A DNA stretch of 47,815 bases from Thermoplasmatota archaeon (lineage in GTDB: Archaea; Thermoplasmatota; JASEFT01): the NCBI GenBank assembly GCA_030018475.1, contig JASEFT010000002.1, positions 26,037-73,851 on the forward strand, read 5' to 3'. Numbering within the stretch: the stretch's first letter is position 1; each line of letters begins with the position of its first letter. The notes below the pieces were generated by a model. It saw only the letters and a program-made list of their open reading frames with translations. It searched no databases and had not been told where the DNA came from. A program made the translations under genes and the position numbers. This document shows, in pieces, positions 37,301-45,036 of this stretch.

Positions 37301-38104
37301 ATTCTTAGGCTCAATTGTAGTGTTTACATACTCTATACCATCTTTAGACCATAACACTGAGCTCGTACCGTTATACCATTCCTCCCCAGTGTAAGTTACC
37401 TGTAATACAACGGCACTCAAATACTGCGTGACAATATTTATTCCTGACGGTGAAAACTCGAAACTATCGTTATCTCCAGGCTGAAATGTGCGATTTGAAG
37501 GTATAGAAGTAAATGCTTGCTCCCCAAGAAAAGCTTCATAGTAATGCTCTATTTTAGAATCCGCAATAGTAATATTTGAGTTGGTAAAAGTCAAAAATGG
37601 GCAATCGTTATTATCGTCAATATCAAGTCCTGTGCCGCTAGGGTCTAAGTTTGTAAATTTTGAATTGTATATTTCTACAGCACAATTTTCAAACCAAATA
37701 CTACCAGGAAAAGCAATAGTAGAATTTCTAATACTCACAGTAGTATTTCTAAGAGTAACGTTAAGTTTCAGCAGTGGGCAAAACTGGTATTTTCCAGAAG
37801 TTAATGTAGAGTGTTCTATTATAAATTTGCTACTATTATCAAACGAGATATAATAACGTTTAGTAAAGCTATCTTGAACCATTTCAAGAGTCGCATCTCT
37901 AAGTATCAACGTGCTGTTAGAAGCAGTGATATTGCCGTGCTGTCTGAAAGCTACTGATGCAATAGTTCTGGTCTCGTTTACCAGAATTATATCAACCTTG
38001 CTCTCTTCAAATTCTTCCGATTCGTTACTATGCAGCGCGAAAATCGAGTTTAAGCACAAAGCCAGCGCTATAGCTATTATCAAACCGAGCAATAGTTTTT
38101 TCAC
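34376..38104 (-). CDS. large (1242 aa) cell-surface glycoprotein: signal peptide, parallel-beta-helix-like repeats, C-terminal TM anchor and cytoplasmic double zinc ribbon
   Basis: N-terminus MKKLLLGLIIAIALALCLNSIFA. Dozens of N-x-S/T sequons. N/S/T-rich beta repeats (e.g. VNANSIYIENSVLNSPSISLQAQKSRIQNTSL). TM segment ILPVIVAIVIVVIVIAICFV, then CSECSKK...CVFCG...CSECG...CPKCG. Confidence 0.7.
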   Translation of the reverse strand: MKKLLLGLIIAIALALCLNSIFALHSNESEEFEESKVDIILVNETRTIASVAFRQHGNITASNSTLILRDATLEMVQDSFTKRYYISFDNSSKFIIEHSTLTSGKYQFCPLLKLNVTLRNTTVSIRNSTIAFPGSIWFENCAVEIYNSKFTNLDPSGTGLDIDDNNDCPFLTFTNSNITIADSKIEHYYEAFLGEQAFTSIPSNRTFQPGDNDSFEFSPSGINIVTQYLSAVVLQVTYTGEEWYNGTSSVLWSKDGIEYVNTTIEPKNKTATESYELFTSGIRTIGELERIRVKFENNDLENDTKSNVTFHSVKLVFSYENDISLTNSTLHAINTYMDLDFRVGDTDPTGNVQETTPETYFIDASLTHNVLRAKFNSKVYLYNVTVDSSETGGIPYKGNPPFISDSTSQILFYKWLEIRTTDLPGMSIDNVELIIESNATLVTPPPAVILQYLGRDLSNYNRTLAGKATIPLLSDLMLPSKWPNSEFVGNYNITARYQTYSKLRNASFKYFPLIEAEHNTELVVISFEELVPDFTITKLATAEPLIEGEVIKINVKVNNFGTTSGYSVNLKLLDNGELFHEEDIAHIPTNGAVELYIDWTATATVPSEVHNITAIVDELNRTPELDEGNNIAWVHVIVLSRPDLYIESISFSDCYPIENDIITIFGTIGNLGETSASYEAEFYVDNTLLAKSSFYISANTTANISSSFNTSNIYGKVNVTVKLTNCTPSERILTNNELTTSLLIYSAKRGDLVLESDRTIEHDYLWPSNIVIRGCNLLISNSTLTIPQTFDWENEMIALQGAGIVLHNSTIKSNYQLCMHVYDGNLSVTNSTLNLNVITKGSTNIFSTGSLFNGSLNITCDELVTESTNFASKNILVNANSIYIENSVLNSPSISLQAQKSRIQNTSLASKLVFEHGIIELINVTAPAEVLGNATLYRYWWLKVNFIDKLGSGIPDAEIRIYSREKESYIQILGMNRTDENGIALVRLLAEELTAKGVIHTKNYILNLSYGNESFYQYFSLENNTELKKDYQQIVVVPTALELTAKLSTEIIEAGGLLIMSGTVRYNLSTKPGVANALVTITIDHITYSTNTDANGKYEKEIAAPGTGGNYGIAVSVTDPHFNLQAITEKSLVVLAPPPKPFDILPVIVAIVIVVIVIAICFVMRKKLKAYLVILKAKLKKEEFTECSECSKKIPSSLRKCVFCGVEFEEAKEEELAKCSECGAFVPITAKKCPKCGAVFKE

Positions 38105-38290
38105 CGACTCACCATCTTTGAATAAGGTTTAATACTATAAATAATTAACTTTAATTATATTTTCCTCATTTGAATTTGCGTGTTATAACTATGAAAACAT
38201 AAATAAGTTTGGTATCTAAAATACTTTTTCTGCCTCTCTCCAGATTAAATTTAAGTGCTTAGAAACTGTTTATGAAAAAACGTAGAAAAA

Positions 38291-38953
38291 ATGTTAACAA
38301 AGAAGCAGCTTGCTAGAATGATAGATCATACGAATTTAAAGCCGTTCGCTACAAGTGAGGATATAAAAAAGCTTTGCAGCGAAGCTAAGAAATACGATTT
38401 TGCAACTGTATGCGTTAACCCATACTGGGTAAGTTTAGTATCAGAACTTTTACTTGGTACTGATATTAAAGTATGCACAGTTGTAGGCTTTCCTTTAGGA
38501 GCGAATACTCTTGAAGTAAAATTATTTGAAGCGAAAGATGCTTGCAGAAACGGCTCGCAGGAAATAGATGTGGTAATGAACATAGGTGCTTTGAAAGATA
38601 AGAATTACGAGCTTGTAAAACGAGAAATTTTTAAGATAGCGGAAGAAGTTGGTAAAGTACCTGTGAAAGTAATAATTGAATGCTGCTATTTAAGTGAAGA
38701 GGAGAAAGTCAAAGCTTGCGAGCTTGCAAAAGAAGCTGGCGCTAGATTTGTAAAAACCTCTACAGGCTTTGGAGTTAGTGGCGCAAACGTTGAGGATGTA
38801 GCGCTGATAAGAAGAGTGGTTGGCGAGAATTTTGGTATAAAAGCTGCTGGGGGTATAAAAACTGCAGAGCAAGCTTTGAAGTTGATAGAAGCTGGCGCTA
38901 CTAGAATAGGTGCGAGTGCAAGTGTAGAAATAATAGAAGGGCTGAAAGAATGA
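38291..38953 (+). CDS. deoC: deoxyribose-phosphate aldolase
   Basis: ARMIDHTNLKP (substrate-binding start), VCVNPYWV and FVKTSTGF (Schiff-base lysine motif). 220 aa. Confidence 0.85.
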   Translation: MLTKKQLARMIDHTNLKPFATSEDIKKLCSEAKKYDFATVCVNPYWVSLVSELLLGTDIKVCTVVGFPLGANTLEVKLFEAKDACRNGSQEIDVVMNIGALKDKNYELVKREIFKIAEEVGKVPVKVIIECCYLSEEEKVKACELAKEAGARFVKTSTGFGVSGANVEDVALIRRVVGENFGIKAAGGIKTAEQALKLIEAGATRIGASASVEIIEGLKE

Positions 38954-40317
38954 AGCTTTTTGGCACCGCAGGTATAAGAGGCTTAACTAACATAGAAATC
39001 ACACCACAATTCGCACTCGATTTAGGCTCTGCCTACGCTTGCTTCTTAAACAACAAAGGTAAAGTTGCAATTGCACGCGATAATAGGTACGGTGCTTTAG
39101 CCATCCAACATGCTTTTATCGCAGGATTGCTGAGTAATGGCATTGATGTAGAAGATTGCGGTATTGTACCTACGCCTACATTAGCATGTTACATTGCAAA
39201 TTCAAGCTCAGAAGGTGGAGCTATAATCACAGGCTCTCATTTAGCTTACAACAGAATAGGAATTATATTTTTTCATAGTAACGGCGCTTGCCTTTCTAGC
39301 ATGATGGAAGAAGAATTTGAAAAGAAATATAGTGAAAGAGTATGGGAAAAGAAAAGAGCGGAGCCTGAATCCATTGGAAAATTAACTCAAAATGCTACAG
39401 CCCAATTCATACATCGTGATATTGCACTGAGTGGCATAGATTCAAAAGCTCAAGCTAAAATTGCATCAAAAAAATTTCGTGTGCTTCTAGACCCATGCAA
39501 TGGCACCGCATGCCAATTCTTTGCAAGCGTTATTAGAGATTTAGGATGCGAGGTTATTGAAATCAATTCAGAGCAATCGCCTATACCTTCAAGAGCTCCT
39601 GAGCCTAAGCCTGAAAATTTGAGAGAGACAGCAAGAAATGTAATGAGTAACGATTGCGACTTAGGATTTGCTTTAGATACAGATGGAGATAGAGTTGTAG
39701 TTATAGCTCATAACGGCGAGATTATTCCTAACGATAATATCGCAACGCTTTTGGCGGAGCAAATTTTCAGTAAAGAAAAAGGTATTTGCGTTACTCCTAT
39801 CAACGCTTCTATGCTGATTGAGTGGCTAACTGCTAAATATAATTCAAAAGTAGAATATTGCAGAGTAGGAGCACCTGCTATTGCGGAAAAAATTTTATCA
39901 GTGGGAGCAAGCTTCGGCTACGAAGAGACAGGTAAATATTTCTTCTCACCTATGCTATGGCCTGACGCTCTATTAGCTATATTAAAAATTCTTGCTATAA
40001 TAGCTGACCGCGAGAGCTTAACGCAACTGCTCAAAAAATTTCCAAAATTCTATCAAAAGAAGCAGGCTATAGAATGTGAGGAATTTAAAAAAACCAAGGT
40101 TATGGAAAAAGTAGATAAAACTTGGAACGATAGCGGAGTAGTTAAAACTATAAAAGTTGACGGTATAAAAAAATTCTATGAAAATTCATGGCTTTTAATA
40201 AGGGCAAGCGGTACAGAGCCTTTGATAAGAATATTTTCAGAGGCGCAAGAGCCGAGAAGGGCTGAAGAGCTGCTGAGACTTGGAATTGAGCTTGTTAGTA
40301 AAGCTACGAGCGACTGA
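38950..40317 (+). CDS. phosphoglucomutase/phosphomannomutase-family protein (archaeal phosphopentomutase-type)
   Basis: MKLFGTAGIRG N-terminus. GSHLAYN (phosphoserine loop TASHNP-like variant), DTDGDR metal-binding loop and the C-terminal GTEPLIRIF motif. 455 aa. Overlaps the deoC stop (ATGA). Confidence 0.8.
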   Translation: MKLFGTAGIRGLTNIEITPQFALDLGSAYACFLNNKGKVAIARDNRYGALAIQHAFIAGLLSNGIDVEDCGIVPTPTLACYIANSSSEGGAIITGSHLAYNRIGIIFFHSNGACLSSMMEEEFEKKYSERVWEKKRAEPESIGKLTQNATAQFIHRDIALSGIDSKAQAKIASKKFRVLLDPCNGTACQFFASVIRDLGCEVIEINSEQSPIPSRAPEPKPENLRETARNVMSNDCDLGFALDTDGDRVVVIAHNGEIIPNDNIATLLAEQIFSKEKGICVTPINASMLIEWLTAKYNSKVEYCRVGAPAIAEKILSVGASFGYEETGKYFFSPMLWPDALLAILKILAIIADRESLTQLLKKFPKFYQKKQAIECEEFKKTKVMEKVDKTWNDSGVVKTIKVDGIKKFYENSWLLIRASGTEPLIRIFSEAQEPRRAEELLRLGIELVSKATSD

Positions 40318-40319
40318 AT

Positions 40320-41063
40320 ATGGAGTATCATATAGGACTTGCTAAAGGGGAAGTTGCAAATTATATATTACTTTGCGGAGCGCCTGAGAGGGCTGAAAGA
40401 ACTTCTAAATTATTTGATAAAGTTAAAATAGAGCGAAGGAACAGAGAATTTTTGACTTTTACAGGCATTTATAAAAAAATACCGATTACGGTAATGTCTA
40501 CAGGCATAGGACCTGATAATACAGAAATTGCAGTTATTGAAATTTGCCAAATCACAAAAAAACCTACTTTTATAAGAATCGGCAGCTGCGGCGCATTACA
40601 AAAAAACATTGCGCTCGGCGAGCTTGTAATATCGACAGGTGCAGTAAGATTGGAAAATACTTCTTTGTTCTTTGTTCCTGAAGGATATCCTGCAGTTGCT
40701 CACTATGAAATAGTTAATGCACTTGCTGAGGCTGCAAAAACGTTTCGCTATCCTTATCATATAGGTTTAACAGCAACCGCTTGCGGCTTCTACGGAGCGC
40801 AGGCACGAAAGGTTGGGGGCTTTCCATTACGATTTCCTAACCTTGTAAAAGAGCTAAGCGCTCTCAAAGTCCTGAATTTTGAAATGGAAAGTTCTGTGCT
40901 CTTCACACTTGCAAGTATTCGCAACTTAAGAGCAGGCGCTGTTTGCGCAGTCTATGCTCAGAGGATAAAAAACGAATTTATTAATGATAAAGCGAAAGAG
41001 GAAGCAGAATTAAGGTGCATAAAAACAGGCTTGAAGGCTGTAGAGCTACTTTATAAAAGATGA
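40320..41063 (+). CDS. PNP/UDP family-1 nucleoside phosphorylase (uridine phosphorylase-like)
   Basis: 247 aa. YHIGL...ANYILLCGAPERAE...IRIGSCGAL...EMES has Udp/DeoD family-1 topology and motifs. Confidence 0.75.
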   Translation: MEYHIGLAKGEVANYILLCGAPERAERTSKLFDKVKIERRNREFLTFTGIYKKIPITVMSTGIGPDNTEIAVIEICQITKKPTFIRIGSCGALQKNIALGELVISTGAVRLENTSLFFVPEGYPAVAHYEIVNALAEAAKTFRYPYHIGLTATACGFYGAQARKVGGFPLRFPNLVKELSALKVLNFEMESSVLFTLASIRNLRAGAVCAVYAQRIKNEFINDKAKEEAELRCIKTGLKAVELLYKR

Positions 41064-41455
41064 AAAAAGAGTATAAAAAATTAATTCAAGAAGCGAAAGA
41101 GGCTTTAAAGAATGCTTACGCGCCTTATTCTAAGTTCAGAGTGGGTGCTGCGGTATTAACAAAAAAAGGTAATATTTATAGAGGTTGCAATGTAGAAAAC
41201 TCAAGTTATGCTCTAACTATATGCGCAGAGCGCAATGCACTAGCAAACGCAATAGCTAACGGAGAAAGAGATTTAGAAGCAATTGCAATAGTTGCGGAAG
41301 GAAAAAAGTTAAGAACGCCGTGCGGCGCGTGCAGACAAGCTATAATAGAATTTAGTAAAGATGTTCTTGTAATAATTGGCAATTTAAAAGGTAAAAAAGA
41401 AGTTAGAAGTATCAAAGAGCTTTTGCCAATGCCGTTTTCGACAGCCGAAAAATAA
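41060..41455 (+). CDS. cdd: cytidine deaminase (homotetrameric type)
   Basis: CAERNA and PCGACRQ zinc-ligand motifs. 131 aa. Confidence 0.85.
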   Translation: MKKEYKKLIQEAKEALKNAYAPYSKFRVGAAVLTKKGNIYRGCNVENSSYALTICAERNALANAIANGERDLEAIAIVAEGKKLRTPCGACRQAIIEFSKDVLVIIGNLKGKKEVRSIKELLPMPFSTAEK

Positions 41456-41475
41456 TTATCTATCTTAACAGATTT

Positions 41476-42855
41476 ATGTTGGGTAGGAAAATGCACGACG
41501 TTATAGTAATAGGTGGCGGGCCAGCAGGGCTTTTTGCAGCTTACGAATTAGTGGGAAAAAACAAAAAAATCTTGATTATAGAAAAAGGTAAGGAAGCTAA
41601 GAAGCGCATATGCCCTATGAAAGAGACAGGTAAATGCATTTCATGCGTGCCCTGCGATATTATGTGCGGCGTTGGTGGCGCAGGTACTTTCTCAGACGGT
41701 ATTCTAAACTTAAGACCTGACGTTGGCGGCAATTTAGTAAATTTAACTAAAGAGGAAACTCTTGCTTGGGAACTTGTAAATTACATAGATAAAACATTTT
41801 TAAAGTTCGGAGCGCCTAAAGTGCTGTACGGCACTAATGAAAATAAAATACTAGAGTTAAGGAAGAAATGCGCATCTGTAGGTATTAATTTTATAGATAT
41901 CAAGCAGCGCCATATAGGTAGCGATCTCGCACCTTTTGTAATTGATAGATTTACTAAATATTTAGTAAAGAAAGGAGTGAAGTTTTCCACCAATACTGAA
42001 GTTACAGATTTAATTATAAAGGGCAATAAATGTTACGGAGTAAGAGTTAAGAACAAAGAGATAGAAGCTAAGAATGTAATTGCTGCGCCAGGCAGGGTCG
42101 GAGTTGATTGGTTTGAAAAAATAATTAGTAAATATAAGATCAATGCAAAATACGGCCCTATAGATGTTGGTATAAGGGTAGAAGTTCCTGCTATAATTAT
42201 GGAGCATATAATTGCAATTAACAAAGATCCTAAATTCCATATAAGAACTACAAGCTACGATGACTTTGTAAGAACTTTCTGTACTAACGCAAATGGATTT
42301 GTAGTTAAAGAAAGTTACGATAGCTTTGTCGGCGTTAATGGCCACTCACTAAAGAGTGCAAAATCACAAAATACTAACTTTGCGTTTTTAGTTAGAATAG
42401 AGCTTACGGAGCCTGTAGAAAACACTACTGAGTACGGTAGGAGCATAGCTAAACTGGCAACTACAATTGGTGGTGGAAAGCCTATTATTCAGAGAATTGG
42501 CGATTTGAGGAGGGACAGGCGATCTACGTGGGATAGACTGCGAAGAAATCCTTTGAAAAACACGCTTACAGATGTCACTCCTGGCGATATTTCTACTGCT
42601 CTACCGCATAGAGTAGTGACTAATCTTATTGAAGGGTTAGAGAAACTCAATGAGGTAATACCTGGTGTAGCTGCAGACTCTACTTTGCTCTACGCACCTG
42701 AGATTAAATATTATGCAATGGAAGTGCAAGTTAATGAGCGGTTGGAAACTAATATTAAAAATTTATTTGTTGCTGGCGATGGCGCTGGATTGAGCAGGGA
42801 TATAATCAATGCAAGTGCTACAGGCATACTTGCTGCAAGAGGGATACTTGAATGA
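41476..42855 (+). CDS. FAD-dependent oxidoreductase (uncharacterised NAD(FAD)-dehydrogenase family)
   Basis: N-terminal Rossmann VIVIGGGPAGLFAAYEL and C-terminal FVAGDGAG. 459 aa. Confidence 0.65.
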   Translation: MLGRKMHDVIVIGGGPAGLFAAYELVGKNKKILIIEKGKEAKKRICPMKETGKCISCVPCDIMCGVGGAGTFSDGILNLRPDVGGNLVNLTKEETLAWELVNYIDKTFLKFGAPKVLYGTNENKILELRKKCASVGINFIDIKQRHIGSDLAPFVIDRFTKYLVKKGVKFSTNTEVTDLIIKGNKCYGVRVKNKEIEAKNVIAAPGRVGVDWFEKIISKYKINAKYGPIDVGIRVEVPAIIMEHIIAINKDPKFHIRTTSYDDFVRTFCTNANGFVVKESYDSFVGVNGHSLKSAKSQNTNFAFLVRIELTEPVENTTEYGRSIAKLATTIGGGKPIIQRIGDLRRDRRSTWDRLRRNPLKNTLTDVTPGDISTALPHRVVTNLIEGLEKLNEVIPGVAADSTLLYAPEIKYYAMEVQVNERLETNIKNLFVAGDGAGLSRDIINASATGILAARGILE

Positions 42856-43595
42856 TCGGCGTAATTGGTGGTACAGGGCTATACAGGGCACTTAAATGTA
42901 TTGATACCAAAAGAGAGCTTACTGCGCGCACGCCTTACGGTATTTGCGAATATGTTGAAGGCAAGATAAACAATGATAATATAATTTTTATAGCTAGACA
43001 TACACAAAAAAAATATCCACCTCATAAAATAAATCACAGGTCAAATATATTTTTAATGAAAAAATTAGGAATAAATAAAATAATTTCTGTTTCTGCAGTA
43101 GGCAGTTTAAGAGCTAAATATAAAGTTGGTAGTTTTGCGCTTCCAGAGCAGTTAATTGATTTTACCAAGCAAACATGGACTTTTAATGATAGGGAAGCGA
43201 AGCATGCTAATTTTGCAGTACCTTTCTGTAAAAAATTAAGTAACATTTTAGAGCTTGCAGCTAATGAGCTCAATTTAGAAGCTCATTCCGGAGGTACTTA
43301 TATATGTTTTGCAGGGCCTCAATTCGAGACCAAAGCGGAGTTGAAAATGGCTAGATTGCTTGGCGCTGATTTTGTAGGTATGACTATTGCCCCAGAGGCT
43401 AAACTTGCACGTGAACTAGCAATATGCTATCAACCTATTGTAGTAATAACAAACAAATGCAATGGAAAAGCAAGTCATGAGGAAGCTATTAAAGTAGTTG
43501 AGAAGCTAGAAAATAAGCTGAATAGCTTTGTCGAGCATGCTGTAATAAAAATTAGCGAAAGTAAACTGAGCTGCAACGATTGCAGGCCTTGGTAA
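42852..43595 (+). CDS. mtnP: 5'-methylthioadenosine/purine nucleoside phosphorylase (PNP family 2)
   Basis: MIGVIGGTGLY N-terminus, NHRSNIF and MTIAPEAKLARE motifs. 247 aa. Confidence 0.75.
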   Translation: MIGVIGGTGLYRALKCIDTKRELTARTPYGICEYVEGKINNDNIIFIARHTQKKYPPHKINHRSNIFLMKKLGINKIISVSAVGSLRAKYKVGSFALPEQLIDFTKQTWTFNDREAKHANFAVPFCKKLSNILELAANELNLEAHSGGTYICFAGPQFETKAELKMARLLGADFVGMTIAPEAKLARELAICYQPIVVITNKCNGKASHEEAIKVVEKLENKLNSFVEHAVIKISESKLSCNDCRPW

Positions 43596-43599
43596 CGAG

Positions 43600-44379
43600 C
43601 TATTCGCAATACTTGTTTTCATAAATCCCTTTAGTTAAATTGAGTTTCACCATCTCAGTTTTGCGCTCCTCACGAATATTAACTACAGTTAAAATTACAG
43701 AAACGCCATCTTTCTCTTCCACAATATCCAAAATATTAAAAGTGTATCCGAAATGAGCTCTTGTGCGATTACATGAAAAAGTACCTGCGTTTATTAATAA
43801 CGATTTATGCACTCTCGTTGCGTAAGGTACATGGCGATGGCCCATCAGCACAATTGGAATCGCGCTCTTCAAAATTATATCTAGAGTTTCGCCTGCATCT
43901 TCAATTATGTTTTTCTCTCTGCCCGAGTTAGGTACAGGTGTTAAATGATGATGAAAGCCCACAATTACTATTTTATTTTTATTATTCTTAACTGCTTGAT
44001 TAATAATTTCATGCCTTCTTCTTCCTAATCTTCCACTATCCGTATCAGGCTCTGAAGAAGCTAGCCCGACGAGCACAATCTTACCAAAGCTCTTTACGAA
44101 ATCAACTTCACCGAAATATTCTGGAAATAGTTTATAGCCTAAATTGCGCTCGTCATGATTGCCGGGCACTATTACAAGCTTACCTTCTAAAAGCTCTAAC
44201 TGCTGCTTCGCAAAATCGTAATCTGATAGCAAGCCATCGATAGTCAAATCGCCTGAAACAAAAATAAAATCTTTTTCTAGCTTGTTCAGAATTTTGATAC
44301 CTTTTTCGTAGACCCTCTCGTTGAAGTCAACGCCTTTACCGAAATGCAAATCTGAGATATGTGCAATACGCATTTTCAC
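43600..44379 (-). CDS. calcineurin-like metallophosphoesterase
   Basis: IAHISDLHFG, GDLT, GNHD and GHRH motifs. 259 aa. Confidence 0.8.
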   Translation of the reverse strand: MKMRIAHISDLHFGKGVDFNERVYEKGIKILNKLEKDFIFVSGDLTIDGLLSDYDFAKQQLELLEGKLVIVPGNHDERNLGYKLFPEYFGEVDFVKSFGKIVLVGLASSEPDTDSGRLGRRRHEIINQAVKNNKNKIVIVGFHHHLTPVPNSGREKNIIEDAGETLDIILKSAIPIVLMGHRHVPYATRVHKSLLINAGTFSCNRTRAHFGYTFNILDIVEEKDGVSVILTVVNIREERKTEMVKLNLTKGIYENKYCE

Positions 44380-44987
44380 ATCAACTTCTTGATTTCTTTT
44401 ATACCCTCAGCAGCAAGCTCTTCTACCGACTTTGTAGCATCTAATTTTTTATAGCGCTTTTCTCTGGCGGCAAATTCAAAATAAAGCTCTTGCACTTGTT
44501 TTAAGAACTTTACTCTTTCAAATTTCGACTTCATTCTGAATTTGATTCTAGCAAGCGCTAGCTCAGGCTCAATAACAAGTAATAAGGTCAGGTCAGGCAC
44601 TATAGTAAGCGGTCTCTGAACACTCTTCAGCCACTCAACAGAATCGATACCCTTCTCAGCTAATATTTTTCTTAACTGCACACCTTGATATGCATAGCTT
44701 GAATCATTGTACCTATCGCAGAGCACAATTTTTTTCTCAGAAAGCCATCTTCTGATTTTAGCGACTAAATTAGCATGGTCTGCTGTGAAAAGCAAAGCTT
44801 CTGAGCAGGGATAAACATTAGACTCGGTAGCTCTTCTTACCGCCTTGCCGAGCCATGTGTTCGTAGGCTCAGATACAAGCACTACAGCTAAATTCTCTTT
44901 CTTAAGCTTTTTATAGACTTCTTTTGCAAGCGTTGTTTTTCCAGAAGCATCTATACCTTCGAAAGTTATAAGTTTGCCTTTTACCAT
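44376..44987 (-). CDS. tmk: thymidylate kinase
   Basis: KLITFEGIDASGKTT P-loop and DRY motif (CDRYNDSSYAYQG). The ORF-track start at 45098 would add 37 non-conserved residues, so ATG at 44987 (MVKGKLITFEG) was chosen. Confidence 0.8.
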   Translation of the reverse strand: MVKGKLITFEGIDASGKTTLAKEVYKKLKKENLAVVLVSEPTNTWLGKAVRRATESNVYPCSEALLFTADHANLVAKIRRWLSEKKIVLCDRYNDSSYAYQGVQLRKILAEKGIDSVEWLKSVQRPLTIVPDLTLLLVIEPELALARIKFRMKSKFERVKFLKQVQELYFEFAAREKRYKKLDATKSVEELAAEGIKEIKKLM

Positions 44988-45036
44988 TTTTACTATTTGA
45001 TAAAGAGTTGAGAATATAAAATAATTTACGATAGCA

